Shown piece by piece: positions 45,491 to 54,773 of a DNA stretch of 64,000 nt. Both the position numbers and the translations under genes were made by a program. Source of the DNA: an uncultured Pseudomonadota bacterium. Its GTDB lineage: Bacteria > SAR324 > NAC60-12. The notes beneath the pieces are model-generated. The model ran no database searches. It was not told where the DNA came from and saw nothing but the letters and a program-made list of their open reading frames with translations. The stretch spans positions 191 to 64,190 of the forward strand of contig CAZQXS010000002.1 in the NCBI GenBank assembly GCA_964597275.1, in the 5' to 3' direction. How positions within the stretch are numbered: position 1 is the stretch's first letter; every line of letters begins with the position of its first letter.

Positions 45491-46123
45491 TCACTTTGTC
45501 CCGAAAATCCGGTCTCCGGCATCGCCGAGTCCGGGAAGGATGTAGGCGTGGTCGTTGAGCTTGTCGTCGAGGGCTGCCGCATAGACAGGCACATCGGGAT
45601 GCTCCTCGTTAAAATGCCGCACACCTTCCGGGGCGGCGAGCAGGCAGACGAAGCGGATGGAGGTCGCACCGCTTTCCTTGAGCCGGGAAACGGCGGCGGC
45701 TGAGGAATGTCCGGTGGCCAGCATCGGGTCCAGCACGATCACGAGCCGCTCCTCCACGGGATCAGGAAGCTTGAGATAGTACTCCACTGCCGCCAGCGTT
45801 TCCGGATCGCGGTAGAGGCCGATGTGCCCCACACGGGCGGAAGGGATCATGGCCAAGAAACCGTCCAGCAATCCCATTCCGGCCCGCAGGATCGGCACGA
45901 GGCAGAGCTTCTTGCCGCCCAAAAACGGTGCGTTCATCTTCTGCAACGGCGTTTCGATCTCCTCGTACTTCAACGGCAAATCCTTGGTCACCTCATAGGC
46001 CAGCAGCATTCCGACCTCGCGGACGAGATCGCGGAAGCCCTTGGTGGAGGTGTCCTTGATGCGCATCAGCGAGAGCTTGTGCTGCACGAGTGGGTGGTTG
46101 ATGTGAGTAAACTTTTCAGACAT
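45491..46123 (-). CDS. upp: uracil phosphoribosyltransferase
   Basis: Start at [21 protein letters not shown] (Met38 of ORF 45491..46234). Canonical Upp motifs ([16 protein letters not shown]). Confidence 0.85.
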   Translation of the reverse strand: MSEKFTHINHPLVQHKLSLMRIKDTSTKGFRDLVREVGMLLAYEVTKDLPLKYEEIETPLQKMNAPFLGGKKLCLVPILRAGMGLLDGFLAMIPSARVGHIGLYRDPETLAAVEYYLKLPDPVEERLVIVLDPMLATGHSSAAAVSRLKESGATSIRFVCLLAAPEGVRHFNEEHPDVPVYAAALDDKLNDHAYILPGLGDAGDRIFGTK

Positions 46124-46151
46124 GGAATTCTCCTGAACGGGTGAGCAAAAA

Positions 46152-47402
46152 TCAGAACACGGTGCCGTCGCTGGCAATTTGGATTGGCGGCGCACCGTCC
46201 GGACGTTTGGTGTGAGCAAGGGCGCGTCCGGCACTCCAGGTGCCGCCTTGCAGAATGCGGCTCAGCGGCAACGCTTCCGGAGTGCGCTTCAACTCGGCGC
46301 GAACACCTTGGGCGATTTCATCGAGCAGGCAAACGGTCAGCGCCCGCCACTCGACAATCACCTCCGAATCCACCGCATGAGTGGACTTCAGAACCTCTGA
46401 ATGCTTGGGTTCCAGCACCCCAAGGTCCACGAACAGCCCGCCATTGCGATACTCTGGAAGTCCGGTGAGTGCGTCCAAGTCCACAATGCGCAGGCCCGAT
46501 TCCTCCAGCGGCTCCACCAGCGAGTACGCCAGCCACTGCGAAAGCTTGTGAAACGGAATCAAGCCGTCGGTGAGGCCATCGGCCTGCACCACCGGATGCC
46601 GCCAAACATCGCCGAGCGGCTGTCCGTCCATTTCCAGACGTGAGGGCCAGATGCGGCTGAAGCAGTCCAGCAACGCACGCAAGATGGCCGCTGCCGGAAG
46701 CGAATGGGAGCCGTCCTCATTTGGAGTGGCTTCGCCCCAAAACCAGTCGGCCAAATCGCCGATGCGGGCTGGAGCGCCACCAAATTGGCTGGGGCGGGTG
46801 GTCAGCCCCTCGCCAAGTTTCCGGAGCAGTTCCGCCCGTGCCTCCAAGCCCACCAGCGGGTTGTCGTCCGTAACCTGAAACCCCTCCGCCAGCTTTTCGG
46901 TGCGGAAGTTTCGGAGTCCTTCGGCATCCGCCTGAAAAGGCCTGCCCGGATTGCTGGAAAACGCACCATCGGCGAACAGGTAGAAGCTGGCAAGGGCAAG
47001 TCCTTCGGAGCGTCCGTGGGTGCGACGGTCCAGAGGGTTCTGAAACCACCAATCGGCTCCGGCTCCGGCATCCAGCAACACGCTGGTGACGGCGAGTTCA
47101 AACTGCACGCGCAGGCGTTCGCGGGCATCGGTTTCGGCACGAGGCCGCAAAACCGGAGTGGCGTGGTCCACGCCATCCACCACAAAATGCCGCCAGCGGC
47201 TGTGGTGCGGGATGTCGAGTTCGGGATAGTTCTTTCGGATTTCGGCGACCACCGTTTTCACTGCTTCGGGCAGGCGTTCCGGAACCAGCCGGAAATGCTC
47301 CAGCCGATCCGCTTGTGCCGCGTCGTACACCATTCTGCAACGTTCCCGGATCATCTCTGGAGAACGCAAGTGCGTGATGGCTGCCTCTGCGTCCATGCTC
47401 AA
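46152..47402 (-). CDS. URC4-like protein (DUF1688 family, uracil catabolism-associated)
   Basis: 416 aa. Size and conservation pattern of DUF1688/URC4. 4-bp overlap with the upstream URC1-like gene; immediately followed by upp. Confidence 0.6.
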   Translation of the reverse strand: MSMDAEAAITHLRSPEMIRERCRMVYDAAQADRLEHFRLVPERLPEAVKTVVAEIRKNYPELDIPHHSRWRHFVVDGVDHATPVLRPRAETDARERLRVQFELAVTSVLLDAGAGADWWFQNPLDRRTHGRSEGLALASFYLFADGAFSSNPGRPFQADAEGLRNFRTEKLAEGFQVTDDNPLVGLEARAELLRKLGEGLTTRPSQFGGAPARIGDLADWFWGEATPNEDGSHSLPAAAILRALLDCFSRIWPSRLEMDGQPLGDVWRHPVVQADGLTDGLIPFHKLSQWLAYSLVEPLEESGLRIVDLDALTGLPEYRNGGLFVDLGVLEPKHSEVLKSTHAVDSEVIVEWRALTVCLLDEIAQGVRAELKRTPEALPLSRILQGGTWSAGRALAHTKRPDGAPPIQIASDGTVF

Positions 47403-48652
47403 AACTCTCCCAAGTCGCGTCCCGTGGTTTCTCCCAACGCGCCGGGGTCGATGGTTTCGGCAGTGAAGTAGCCCGCCGCTTTTTTTGCGTCCATTTCTAC
47501 CTTCGCATCGTCCGGAATCTGGTCGTCTGGAATCGCCACGCGCTCGCCGACTGTGATGCCCTGCCCAGCGATGGCGTCGTATTTCATGTTGCTCATCGAA
47601 ACGAGATGGTCAATGTGGGTGATCCCCAGCCAGTGCAGCACGTCTGGCATGAGCTGCTGAAAGCGCATGTCCTGCACTCCCGCGATGCACTCGGTGCGCT
47701 CAAAGTAGGTTTCGGCGCGGTCCCCGCCCTCCTGCCGCTTGCGGGCGTTGTACACGAGAAACTTCGTGACCTCGCCCAAGGCGCGGCCTTCCTTGCGGAA
47801 GTACGCGATCACGCCCGCGCCTCCCTGCTGGGCGGTTTCCACACAGACCTCGATGCCGTGGATGAGGTAGGGGCGGCAGGTGCAGATGTCCGAGCCGAAC
47901 ACGTCCGAGCCGTTGCATTCGTCGTGAACGCGGCAAGCGAGCTTGCGCTTGGAATCGGTGATCGCCTCCGGATCGCCCACGATGTACACCGTGATGCTGC
48001 CAATCGGCGGAAGAAACACATGGTGGTCCGGTCGGGTGACAAGTTCCGGAAACATGCCCCCGGTTTGCTCAAAAAGACTGCGGCGCAGTTGCGACTCGTC
48101 AATGCCAAAGCGCTTGGCCACGCCCGGAAGATGCCAGACCGGTTCGACCGCAACCTTGGTCACGGCGACCTCACCGGACTCCAGCAGGAAGGTTCCGTCC
48201 GGCTCCAGACGCCCTTCCTTGACGGCCATCTGGAATTCTGGAAGGTGCAGCCGCGCCTTCGTCACCGCAATCGTTGGGCGGACATCCAAGCCGGAGTTCA
48301 ACTCATCCGCAAACACTTCTCCAACGAGGTGACCAAAGGGATCGAGCGATACAATCTTTTCCGGGTCGCTCCACTGCGGATACGGCCCGAATGGTACAAT
48401 CGGCGTGGTGTCGGTGAGGTCCGGCACGTGGTCCGCATCCAGTTGCCCGGAGGCCACCGCAAGGGCGCGGTAGATGGCATACGAACCGGAGTGGGTGCCG
48501 ATGACGTTGCGCTTGGCCGGGGTTTGCACCGAACCGATCACCGGGCCTCGGATTTTGGGATCGGCCTCCCCCCACTGGATTTTCGGGCCGCGCTGTTCCT
48601 TACGCCCCGGATGGGAGGTCAATACGATGTGTTTGGGTTTGTCCATGCTCAT
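47399..48652 (-). CDS. URC1-like GTP cyclohydrolase II paralogue (RibA family)
   Basis: RibA zinc motif CNGSDVFGSDICTC with an N-terminal extension (about 418 aa versus about 200 for RibA). Start at MSMDKPKHIVL (ATG at 48652). Confidence 0.7.
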   Translation of the reverse strand: MSMDKPKHIVLTSHPGRKEQRGPKIQWGEADPKIRGPVIGSVQTPAKRNVIGTHSGSYAIYRALAVASGQLDADHVPDLTDTTPIVPFGPYPQWSDPEKIVSLDPFGHLVGEVFADELNSGLDVRPTIAVTKARLHLPEFQMAVKEGRLEPDGTFLLESGEVAVTKVAVEPVWHLPGVAKRFGIDESQLRRSLFEQTGGMFPELVTRPDHHVFLPPIGSITVYIVGDPEAITDSKRKLACRVHDECNGSDVFGSDICTCRPYLIHGIEVCVETAQQGGAGVIAYFRKEGRALGEVTKFLVYNARKRQEGGDRAETYFERTECIAGVQDMRFQQLMPDVLHWLGITHIDHLVSMSNMKYDAIAGQGITVGERVAIPDDQIPDDAKVEMDAKKAAGYFTAETIDPGALGETTGRDLGEF

Positions 48653-48817
48653 TGCTGGTTGAGGGAGTTCCCGTGCCGAAGCGCGACAACAAATCACTAC
48701 CATACCCAAAAATTGCCTAGGAAGGCAACCCGGAAAAGCAGATTGGGTGCGGAAAATTTCAGAATGCCGCCGTCGGCAAAGTCCGGCGGGCTTTGGAACG
48801 GAAGGCGATTTGGAAGC

Positions 48818-50446
48818 TCACGCCCCCTTGGATTCCTGCCGAACTTCGGAGGCCAGCCGCCCCAAGGCGTAGTCGTCAAGGTCGGCGAATTTCATCCACT
48901 CGGCCAACCGGGGCTGCACGCGCCGCACTTCCCGAAAGAGTTCCTGCGCGATGTGGCGGTAGCCCGGATGTCCTTGGGGGGTGCTGCGCAACTCCACGAG
49001 CCATGTCAGCGCCCGCAGGTTGACGTGCATGGACCAGCGGATGCGATAGGCCATCGGCACCACATACTGGGCTTCGTGCGGAAAATCCTCTGCAATCGTC
49101 TCAAACGCTTCCGCCGCCTGCGCCATTGCATCATGGTAGGGCTGGGAGAGCTTGGTGTCTTCCAGTTCCGCTGGGGTGTCGTAGCCGAAGCGTGTGGTCA
49201 GCGGCTGCCGCCATTGCGTGAGCATCCGGTGGCGGTGCAGGTCGCGGTACATGCCGTAGTCGCCCAGCAGGTCGAAGGTGTAGAACACGCGCTCCAACGC
49301 CCGTGGTGGCTTGTGGCGGCGGTGTTCGCGCAGGGCAATGCTTTCCCGGACAAGGCGCTCGCGCTCAGCGTCGGGCAGTTCCCGTACCTGCGCCTGCACC
49401 TGCGGAAGCGGCAATGCGGTGTGTTCGTACAGCAAGGCCGCAATCAGTTTTTCCTCGGCATCCGCATCCCATTCCACCAAACGCACTTCCCCGGAAGATC
49501 CGGGCGGGATCGCAAGCGGCTCGGCACTAGCTGACTCAAGCTGTGCCGCCACCGACCGAATGTGCTGCTGCAAGGCTCCCGTGAAGTCCGCATAGCTTTG
49601 GAAGTGCCGATGCTCCGGATGGGCGCGGCGGATGAAGGACGGGGCGACCTTCGCCAGTTCCTCCCACGCGGTTTGGGCGATGTCCTGAAACTCCTGAAGC
49701 GGTTCAATGCGAAGCCGGGCGATGAGGCTTTCAAAGAACCGTCCGTTACCGAACACACCCATGTTCGTGAGGGTTGCGGCGGGTAGCAGCCCTCGGATGA
49801 GGTCGAAGCCCAAGGCGCGGACTGAGCGTTCGTAAGCGGCCTCCGGCGTGTCCGGATCGCGGGGCAGGCGGCTGCGGACGTACTCGCGGACGGGTTCGTT
49901 GAGTTGAACGTAGGTGTCGAACAGCGTGCGGCAGGCGCTCAGGTAGCGTTCCCGATGCTCCGAATTGAGCAGACGCGGCTCCTTGTAAAAGCGATAATCG
50001 CCCGCAACTTTCTGTCCGAACGAAACATAGCGCGTGGACTTCTCCAGCGGCGAGCCGCCGATGCGGGCGTCTTCCAGCGTTTTGGTCGCCAGAATCGAGA
50101 CTTCCTCCACCGCCAGATGTGCCCCGCCGAGTTCGCCGATGGAGTCGTCCCCGTAGCCATCGAGAATGCGGTCGTAGAACGACTGGGCGCGTCCGACTGC
50201 CAGTGCGGAGGCTTGGGCGGAACTTCCCGTGCCGCCCTGAATCGCGGAAAATTCAGCGGCCTCGTCATCAATGAACTCCCGAAGCAACAGCCGCCGCAAC
50301 CCCAGCGTGGAGCGGGAGTAGCGGGAGAAGAGTGCGCCCTTGATCACCTCCGGGAGGTTCGTGAGCGCAAAGATGGAGCGATCGGTGTTGGTGACGTAGG
50401 GCGCGAGCCGCGCTTGTTCGTCTGGAGTGAAGGACTCGCCAGTCAA
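48818..50446 (-). CDS. thyX: FAD-dependent thymidylate synthase ThyX, long (about 540 aa) two-lobed form
   Basis: ThyX-type RHR motif region (HRHRML..), about 2x canonical ThyX length. First codon is TTG (complement of 50444-50446); there is no in-frame ATG near the N-terminus. Confidence 0.55.
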   Translation of the reverse strand: MTGESFTPDEQARLAPYVTNTDRSIFALTNLPEVIKGALFSRYSRSTLGLRRLLLREFIDDEAAEFSAIQGGTGSSAQASALAVGRAQSFYDRILDGYGDDSIGELGGAHLAVEEVSILATKTLEDARIGGSPLEKSTRYVSFGQKVAGDYRFYKEPRLLNSEHRERYLSACRTLFDTYVQLNEPVREYVRSRLPRDPDTPEAAYERSVRALGFDLIRGLLPAATLTNMGVFGNGRFFESLIARLRIEPLQEFQDIAQTAWEELAKVAPSFIRRAHPEHRHFQSYADFTGALQQHIRSVAAQLESASAEPLAIPPGSSGEVRLVEWDADAEEKLIAALLYEHTALPLPQVQAQVRELPDAERERLVRESIALREHRRHKPPRALERVFYTFDLLGDYGMYRDLHRHRMLTQWRQPLTTRFGYDTPAELEDTKLSQPYHDAMAQAAEAFETIAEDFPHEAQYVVPMAYRIRWSMHVNLRALTWLVELRSTPQGHPGYRHIAQELFREVRRVQPRLAEWMKFADLDDYALGRLASEVRQESKGA

Positions 50447-50498
50447 TGGGGAAGCAAGCTAGTGGGGCGGAACCGGAGGCACGGCCCCGCCCTCAAGA

Positions 50499-51095
50499 TT
50501 ATGCCGCAGGGAGGCCGACCGAATTGGGCAGTGCCTCGGCTTGGGACTTGGGTTTTGGGAGGTCCGCATCCAAGAACTTAGTGACTTCGTTGGGCTGGTA
50601 CTCGTCCTTGAGCAAATCACGGGTGAAGTCGAAGGTGGTGCGGGACGCATAGGCCATCGAGATCACGCCCGTGTCCATCCGGATCGCCTCCTTCGGGCAC
50701 GCCTCCACGCAAAGCCCACAAAAGACGCAGCGCAGCTCGTCAATGTCGAAGCGCACCGGGTACTTCTCCACCGAAAGATCCGGGTGATCGCCCGCGTCAA
50801 TGTGGATGCACTTGGCCGGACACACGGTCTCACACATGTAGCAGGCCACGCACTTGAGGAAGCCATCCTCCCGGCGCGTGAGCCGATGCCGTCCGCGCCA
50901 GCGCATCGACACGGGCCGCTGCTCTTCCGGATACTGTACCGTCACCACGTCCTTCGCCCCAAAGAGGTTGCGGAAGAAGTGGCTGACGGTCAGCCGGAAT
51001 CCAGTGAAGATCGCCGGCAGATAGAGGGACTCCTTGAATCCGTCCACCCGCTGCATCTGTTTGACTTTGAGTTCCATCGAAAATCCTCCAATCAA
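50499..51095 (-). CDS. nuoI: NADH-quinone oxidoreductase subunit I
   Basis: Two 4Fe-4S ferredoxin motifs (CVACYMCETVCP, CVFCGLCVEACP). Start may be Met1, Met7 (51077) or Met14. Confidence 0.85.
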   Translation of the reverse strand: MIGGFSMELKVKQMQRVDGFKESLYLPAIFTGFRLTVSHFFRNLFGAKDVVTVQYPEEQRPVSMRWRGRHRLTRREDGFLKCVACYMCETVCPAKCIHIDAGDHPDLSVEKYPVRFDIDELRCVFCGLCVEACPKEAIRMDTGVISMAYASRTTFDFTRDLLKDEYQPNEVTKFLDADLPKPKSQAEALPNSVGLPAA

Positions 51096-51109
51096 TTGTT
51101 GATGCTCAA

Positions 51110-51229
51110 TTAATGTGTCGCTTCGGCAGGTTGGCTCTTCGAGGACTTGGCTGCATGCCTTAGGGCATCAAACATAACCAACACAATCCCCCCCAGAAAA
51201 ACCAGAAACGAAACAATCAGCCATTCCAT
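51110..51229 (-). CDS. possible 39-aa single-TM membrane peptide between nuoH and nuoI
   Basis: MEWLIVSFLVFLGGIVLVMFDALRHAAKSSKSQPAEATH. AT-rich, no homology assignable. Confidence 0.2.
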   Translation of the reverse strand: MEWLIVSFLVFLGGIVLVMFDALRHAAKSSKSQPAEATH

Positions 51230-51307
51230 TTTACAAATCCTCCAATTCATCAATTTTTCGATAGGCCGCTTTTCGGATTTCGACATTCTGTGTTCACGAT
51301 ACAAGCC

Positions 51308-52381
51308 TTAGACAAAGATCAGGATGACCGCTGCCGTGGCCACGGTGTTCGCCAGCGAGAGCGGCAGCAGCTTTTTCCAGCCGAGCGCCATCGTCTGGTC
51401 AAAGCGGAACTTCGGCACGGTCCAGCGCAGTTGAATCTGGAACCAGCAACAGAAGACCACGAACACGGTGAACTTGGTGAACTGAAGCACCCGCACCAGC
51501 CACTCCGGGGCACTTTCCCAAAGATGGAGCCACGGCACATGGTAGCCGCCAAAGAAGAGCGTGGTGATCAGCGCGGCAACCCCAACGATGGCCACGTACT
51601 CCGCCAGCATGAACGCCGACCAGCGCATTCCCGAATACTCCAAGAAGTAGCCCGCGACAATTTCGGATTCGCCCTCCGGTGCGTCAAACGGCGCCCGCTT
51701 GGTTTCCGCCACCAAGGCCGTGGTGAAGAGCAGGAAGCCGAGCGGCTGGGTCAGGATTCCCCACTTGGGAATCAGGCTTCCGAACCAGTAGGCGTTTTGG
51801 CCGTCCACGATTTCACTGACACGGGTGGAGCCATAGACCATGAAGATGCCCATCAGCGCAAGCCCCATGAAGACCTCGTAGGAAATCATCTGCGCCGAAG
51901 CGCGGGTGCCGCCGAGCAGGGCGAACTTGCTGTTGGAACTGGCCCCGGCGAGGACTGCGCCATAAACACTCAGGGAGGTGATGGCGAAGATGAAGAGCAG
52001 TCCGGGCTCGATGTCCGTGATCTGAAAGGTGAAGCCTCCGAGGGGTGCAGCAATGGGCACAATCGCAAAAACCGAAACCCCGGCGATCAGCCCAAAGAAC
52101 GGCGCAATCAGGTAGAGGAAGCGATCCGAGCCTTCCGGCATCGTGTCTTCCTTAAAGATGGATTTGAGGCCATCAGCGGCAATGTGCGCCAGCCCACGCC
52201 CCCGGAAGCTGCCAACGTTCGCCCGATTCGGGCCGACCCGATCCTGCACCATCGCGCTCCACTTGCGCTCCATCAGCGTCATCAAAGTGCCGAGCGGCAT
52301 GGCGAACAGCATGATCATGAAAACAATCTTCAGGATCGTCTGGACCAGCGGAATCGAGAGAATTTCAAGCAGTAGGTTCAT
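51308..52381 (-). CDS. nuoH: NADH-quinone oxidoreductase subunit H
   Basis: 357 aa, 8 TM; ...VQDRVGPNRA... and other NuoH/ND1 signature regions. Confidence 0.9.
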   Translation of the reverse strand: MNLLLEILSIPLVQTILKIVFMIMLFAMPLGTLMTLMERKWSAMVQDRVGPNRANVGSFRGRGLAHIAADGLKSIFKEDTMPEGSDRFLYLIAPFFGLIAGVSVFAIVPIAAPLGGFTFQITDIEPGLLFIFAITSLSVYGAVLAGASSNSKFALLGGTRASAQMISYEVFMGLALMGIFMVYGSTRVSEIVDGQNAYWFGSLIPKWGILTQPLGFLLFTTALVAETKRAPFDAPEGESEIVAGYFLEYSGMRWSAFMLAEYVAIVGVAALITTLFFGGYHVPWLHLWESAPEWLVRVLQFTKFTVFVVFCCWFQIQLRWTVPKFRFDQTMALGWKKLLPLSLANTVATAAVILIFV

Positions 52382-52409
52382 TTCCGTTCTCGGCCTTGCG
52401 GCAAAGGGT

Positions 52410-53018
52410 TCACACGTTGTCGAGGATTTGAAAGTGTGCTTCGGTGGGCGCTCGCATCACGCCGTTGATCGGCAGGATGTCCTGCGGGCACGCCGAAAAC
52501 GCGACCACCACATCCACCTCGGCCCGTAGCACCACATAGCTCCCCGGAGTCGAAACCGGAGCCTCCCACGCCAAGCCGCCCTCCACGGTCCACGGGATGT
52601 GCATGAAGAGGTTGAGCGGACTCGGCGTTTCCGGCTCCTTGAGGCCGAGTTCCTTCATGCCTGCGGTGAGGTTGTCGGTGCAGTTGTCGTGATACTCCGT
52701 GCAGCCGAGCAAGCCAAAGCGCGGGTTGTCACACGCCGCCATCAGGGTGTCGTGAACGCCTCCGGACGTGTCCTCCATCAAGGTGAGGATCGGGCGTCGC
52801 TGGTTGGTCACGAGCGTGTCGCCCACCTCTGGACGCAGTTTCATGTAGTAGGGACGGCTGTGTTCCATGGACATGAACTCCGACAGGTCATCGGCCCGGA
52901 AGGCCCAAGTGTCCACCACCTGCGCTCCATGCGTGTTGATGACCTTCACGCCCTGTCCGGCCTTCACCTGAGCCGCCTTGCCTCGGCGGGCGGGGATGGT
53001 GATCACTTCGTTTGACAT
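52410..53018 (-). CDS. DUF1989 ('urea carboxylase-associated') family protein, lone copy
   Basis: 202 aa; family otherwise found as tandem pairs next to urea/guanidine carboxylase (carboxyguanidine deiminase subunits). Confidence 0.55.
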   Translation of the reverse strand: MSNEVITIPARRGKAAQVKAGQGVKVINTHGAQVVDTWAFRADDLSEFMSMEHSRPYYMKLRPEVGDTLVTNQRRPILTLMEDTSGGVHDTLMAACDNPRFGLLGCTEYHDNCTDNLTAGMKELGLKEPETPSPLNLFMHIPWTVEGGLAWEAPVSTPGSYVVLRAEVDVVVAFSACPQDILPINGVMRAPTEAHFQILDNV

Positions 53019-53031
53019 TTCACTCTCTTTA

Positions 53032-53331
53032 CTAAATCGTAGGCTGAATGGCTTTGTTCGGCCAACTGTTCTCCACCGTAAACGACTGACCCAACGTTCT
53101 CAAGTGGCTGAATTCCTGCTCCCGCAGTTTTCCCCGGATTTCTTCAAAGGATTTCACCACATCCTCGGCATACAACTTTTCTCCACAATGCAGGCACACC
53201 TCCGCAGAGACTTTCATGGAAACCGTGTGTCCCCCACCGCTCAGGAGCTTTTCGACCTGCTTGCTCTGCAAGTCACCACCACAGACAGGGCATTTTTCAA
53301 ATGGCCTCATTTTTTCATTCTCATTTTCCAA
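53032..53331 (-). CDS. YgiT-type zinc-finger protein (MqsA-N-like; putative antitoxin)
   Basis: CPVCGG...CLHCGE zinc ribbon. 99 aa, low GC. Overlaps the upstream DUF4258 gene by 25 bp. Confidence 0.6.
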   Translation of the reverse strand: MENENEKMRPFEKCPVCGGDLQSKQVEKLLSGGGHTVSMKVSAEVCLHCGEKLYAEDVVKSFEEIRGKLREQEFSHLRTLGQSFTVENSWPNKAIQPTI

Positions 53332-53621
53332 TCAACCCACCGATCAGGATCTGGCCGATAGACCGTGATCAAAACAGCCCACGAGTTTTCTTGATTGTAG
53401 GCCCAAACACTATGGATTGGCTCCCCTGTAAAATTCTTACCCAGAATCAGACAGCTTGGATAAGGTTTGTCGGTTGGGTAATCCTCAATGATTTCGCCTT
53501 GAATCACCGAAGTGTAAATTTCTTCGTAGGTCAGATTGTCATCAACCGCCTCCTCGTCTGCGTGATTAGTGATTCTTACTTGAGTCTCCCGGATTGCCTG
53601 AATGATACTCTCTATCTCCAT
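53307..53621 (-). CDS. DUF4258-domain protein (putative toxin partner of YgiT zinc-finger protein)
   Basis: Start at MEIESIIQAIRETQVRITNHADEE (Met54 of ORF 53307..53780). 104 aa, low GC, matching DUF4258 length and pattern. Confidence 0.5.
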   Translation of the reverse strand: MEIESIIQAIRETQVRITNHADEEAVDDNLTYEEIYTSVIQGEIIEDYPTDKPYPSCLILGKNFTGEPIHSVWAYNQENSWAVLITVYRPDPDRWVDWKMRMKK

Positions 53622-53640
53622 CCTTACCGATCCAGTTCCC

Positions 53641-54603
53641 CTACGGGGTCTGTCCGCCAAGAATCCCTGCCAGCTTGTCCGAATCCACGTTGCCCCCGGA
53701 CACGACACAAACCACGTTTCCGCCTCCCGCTTGGCCGGAGAGTGCGGCCGCAACCGGGGCGGCTCCTGCCCCCTCAGCAATCACGTGATTCCGTTCGGCG
53801 ACAATCCTGAGCGCGGAAGTCACTTCCTCCAGCGAAGTCACCAAGGAGCCATCCAGCAACCGACTCGCCAGCGGGAACATCTCCGGGAAGACCCTGGGAG
53901 AACTGATGCCATCCACCAAGCTAGGCGTGTGCTCGACTTCCGTCGGCTCGCCCGCAGCCAATGATGCGGCAAACGGCGCTCCCGTCTCCACCTCAGAGGC
54001 GAATAACTTCACCTCCGGTTTGAGCGAGCGCAGGGTGGAGGCAATACCGCAACTGAGACCACCGCCTCCATACGGGGTGATGATGGTCTCCACCTCGGGC
54101 AAATCCTCAAGGATTTCAAGGCCAATCGTGCCATTGCCCGCCATCACGGTCGGATTGCTGAACGGGTGAACAAAGAACCCCTCCATCCCTTCGAGCCTGT
54201 GAGTCTGGGCGACCTGCATCAATTCGGCGAACGAAGTTTTGACAACCTCCCCTCCGAGCCGTGCAATTGCGGCCAGCTTTGACTCGGGAGCGCGTTCAGG
54301 CACGACGACGGTGCAGGGTACCCCCAAGTGCTTGGCGCACCAAGCAACCGCTTGTCCGGTATTCCCAGGACTGACCGTCCACAATCCTTGACTGAGCTGT
54401 TCCTTGCTGGCCAAGCTCACGGTGTTAAACACCCCCCGCAGCTTGAAGGAGCCTACGGGCTGCAAATTCTCCAGCTTCAGGTAGATTCGGGCAGGCGCAT
54501 CCTCCACGTTCAACCGCACCAGTGGAGTGCGAACCGCCACGCCAGCAATCCTGCTCTGTGCCGCTCGCACCTCCTCAATGCGAATCGGTTCATGAGGCTT
54601 CAC
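53641..54603 (-). CDS. PLP-dependent threonine/serine dehydratase family enzyme (fold-type II)
   Basis: LKLENLQPVGSFKLRG (PLP-Lys motif), GGGGL glycine loop; 320 aa. Confidence 0.8.
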   Translation of the reverse strand: MKPHEPIRIEEVRAAQSRIAGVAVRTPLVRLNVEDAPARIYLKLENLQPVGSFKLRGVFNTVSLASKEQLSQGLWTVSPGNTGQAVAWCAKHLGVPCTVVVPERAPESKLAAIARLGGEVVKTSFAELMQVAQTHRLEGMEGFFVHPFSNPTVMAGNGTIGLEILEDLPEVETIITPYGGGGLSCGIASTLRSLKPEVKLFASEVETGAPFAASLAAGEPTEVEHTPSLVDGISSPRVFPEMFPLASRLLDGSLVTSLEEVTSALRIVAERNHVIAEGAGAAPVAAALSGQAGGGNVVCVVSGGNVDSDKLAGILGGQTP

Positions 54604-54773
54604 AAAGTACCTTCCTTACCGTTGAAGTTAAGCGGGCAATTGTGAAAACAATTTGATCATCATCCAGATAATCGCAACCACCCCGGCAAAAGTAGCTCCC
54701 AATATCCACTGGATCAAAGTGATTCGTCCTTCAATACCGATCATGTCCGCTTTTGCGACAAGCACGGTCTCCC

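Noticed and set aside
44450-45669. Pyrrolysine (UAG) recoding, suggested by two in-frame TAG codons (hicA, PLP enzyme) near MttB-family genes
   Set aside because: Both MttB homologues lack the in-frame amber codon characteristic of Pyl-dependent methyltransferases. No pylTSBCD-like genes are visible. The hicA TAG replaces a conserved Tyr (a single-base nonsense change), and the PLP gene also carries a frameshift. Ordinary pseudogenisation explains both.
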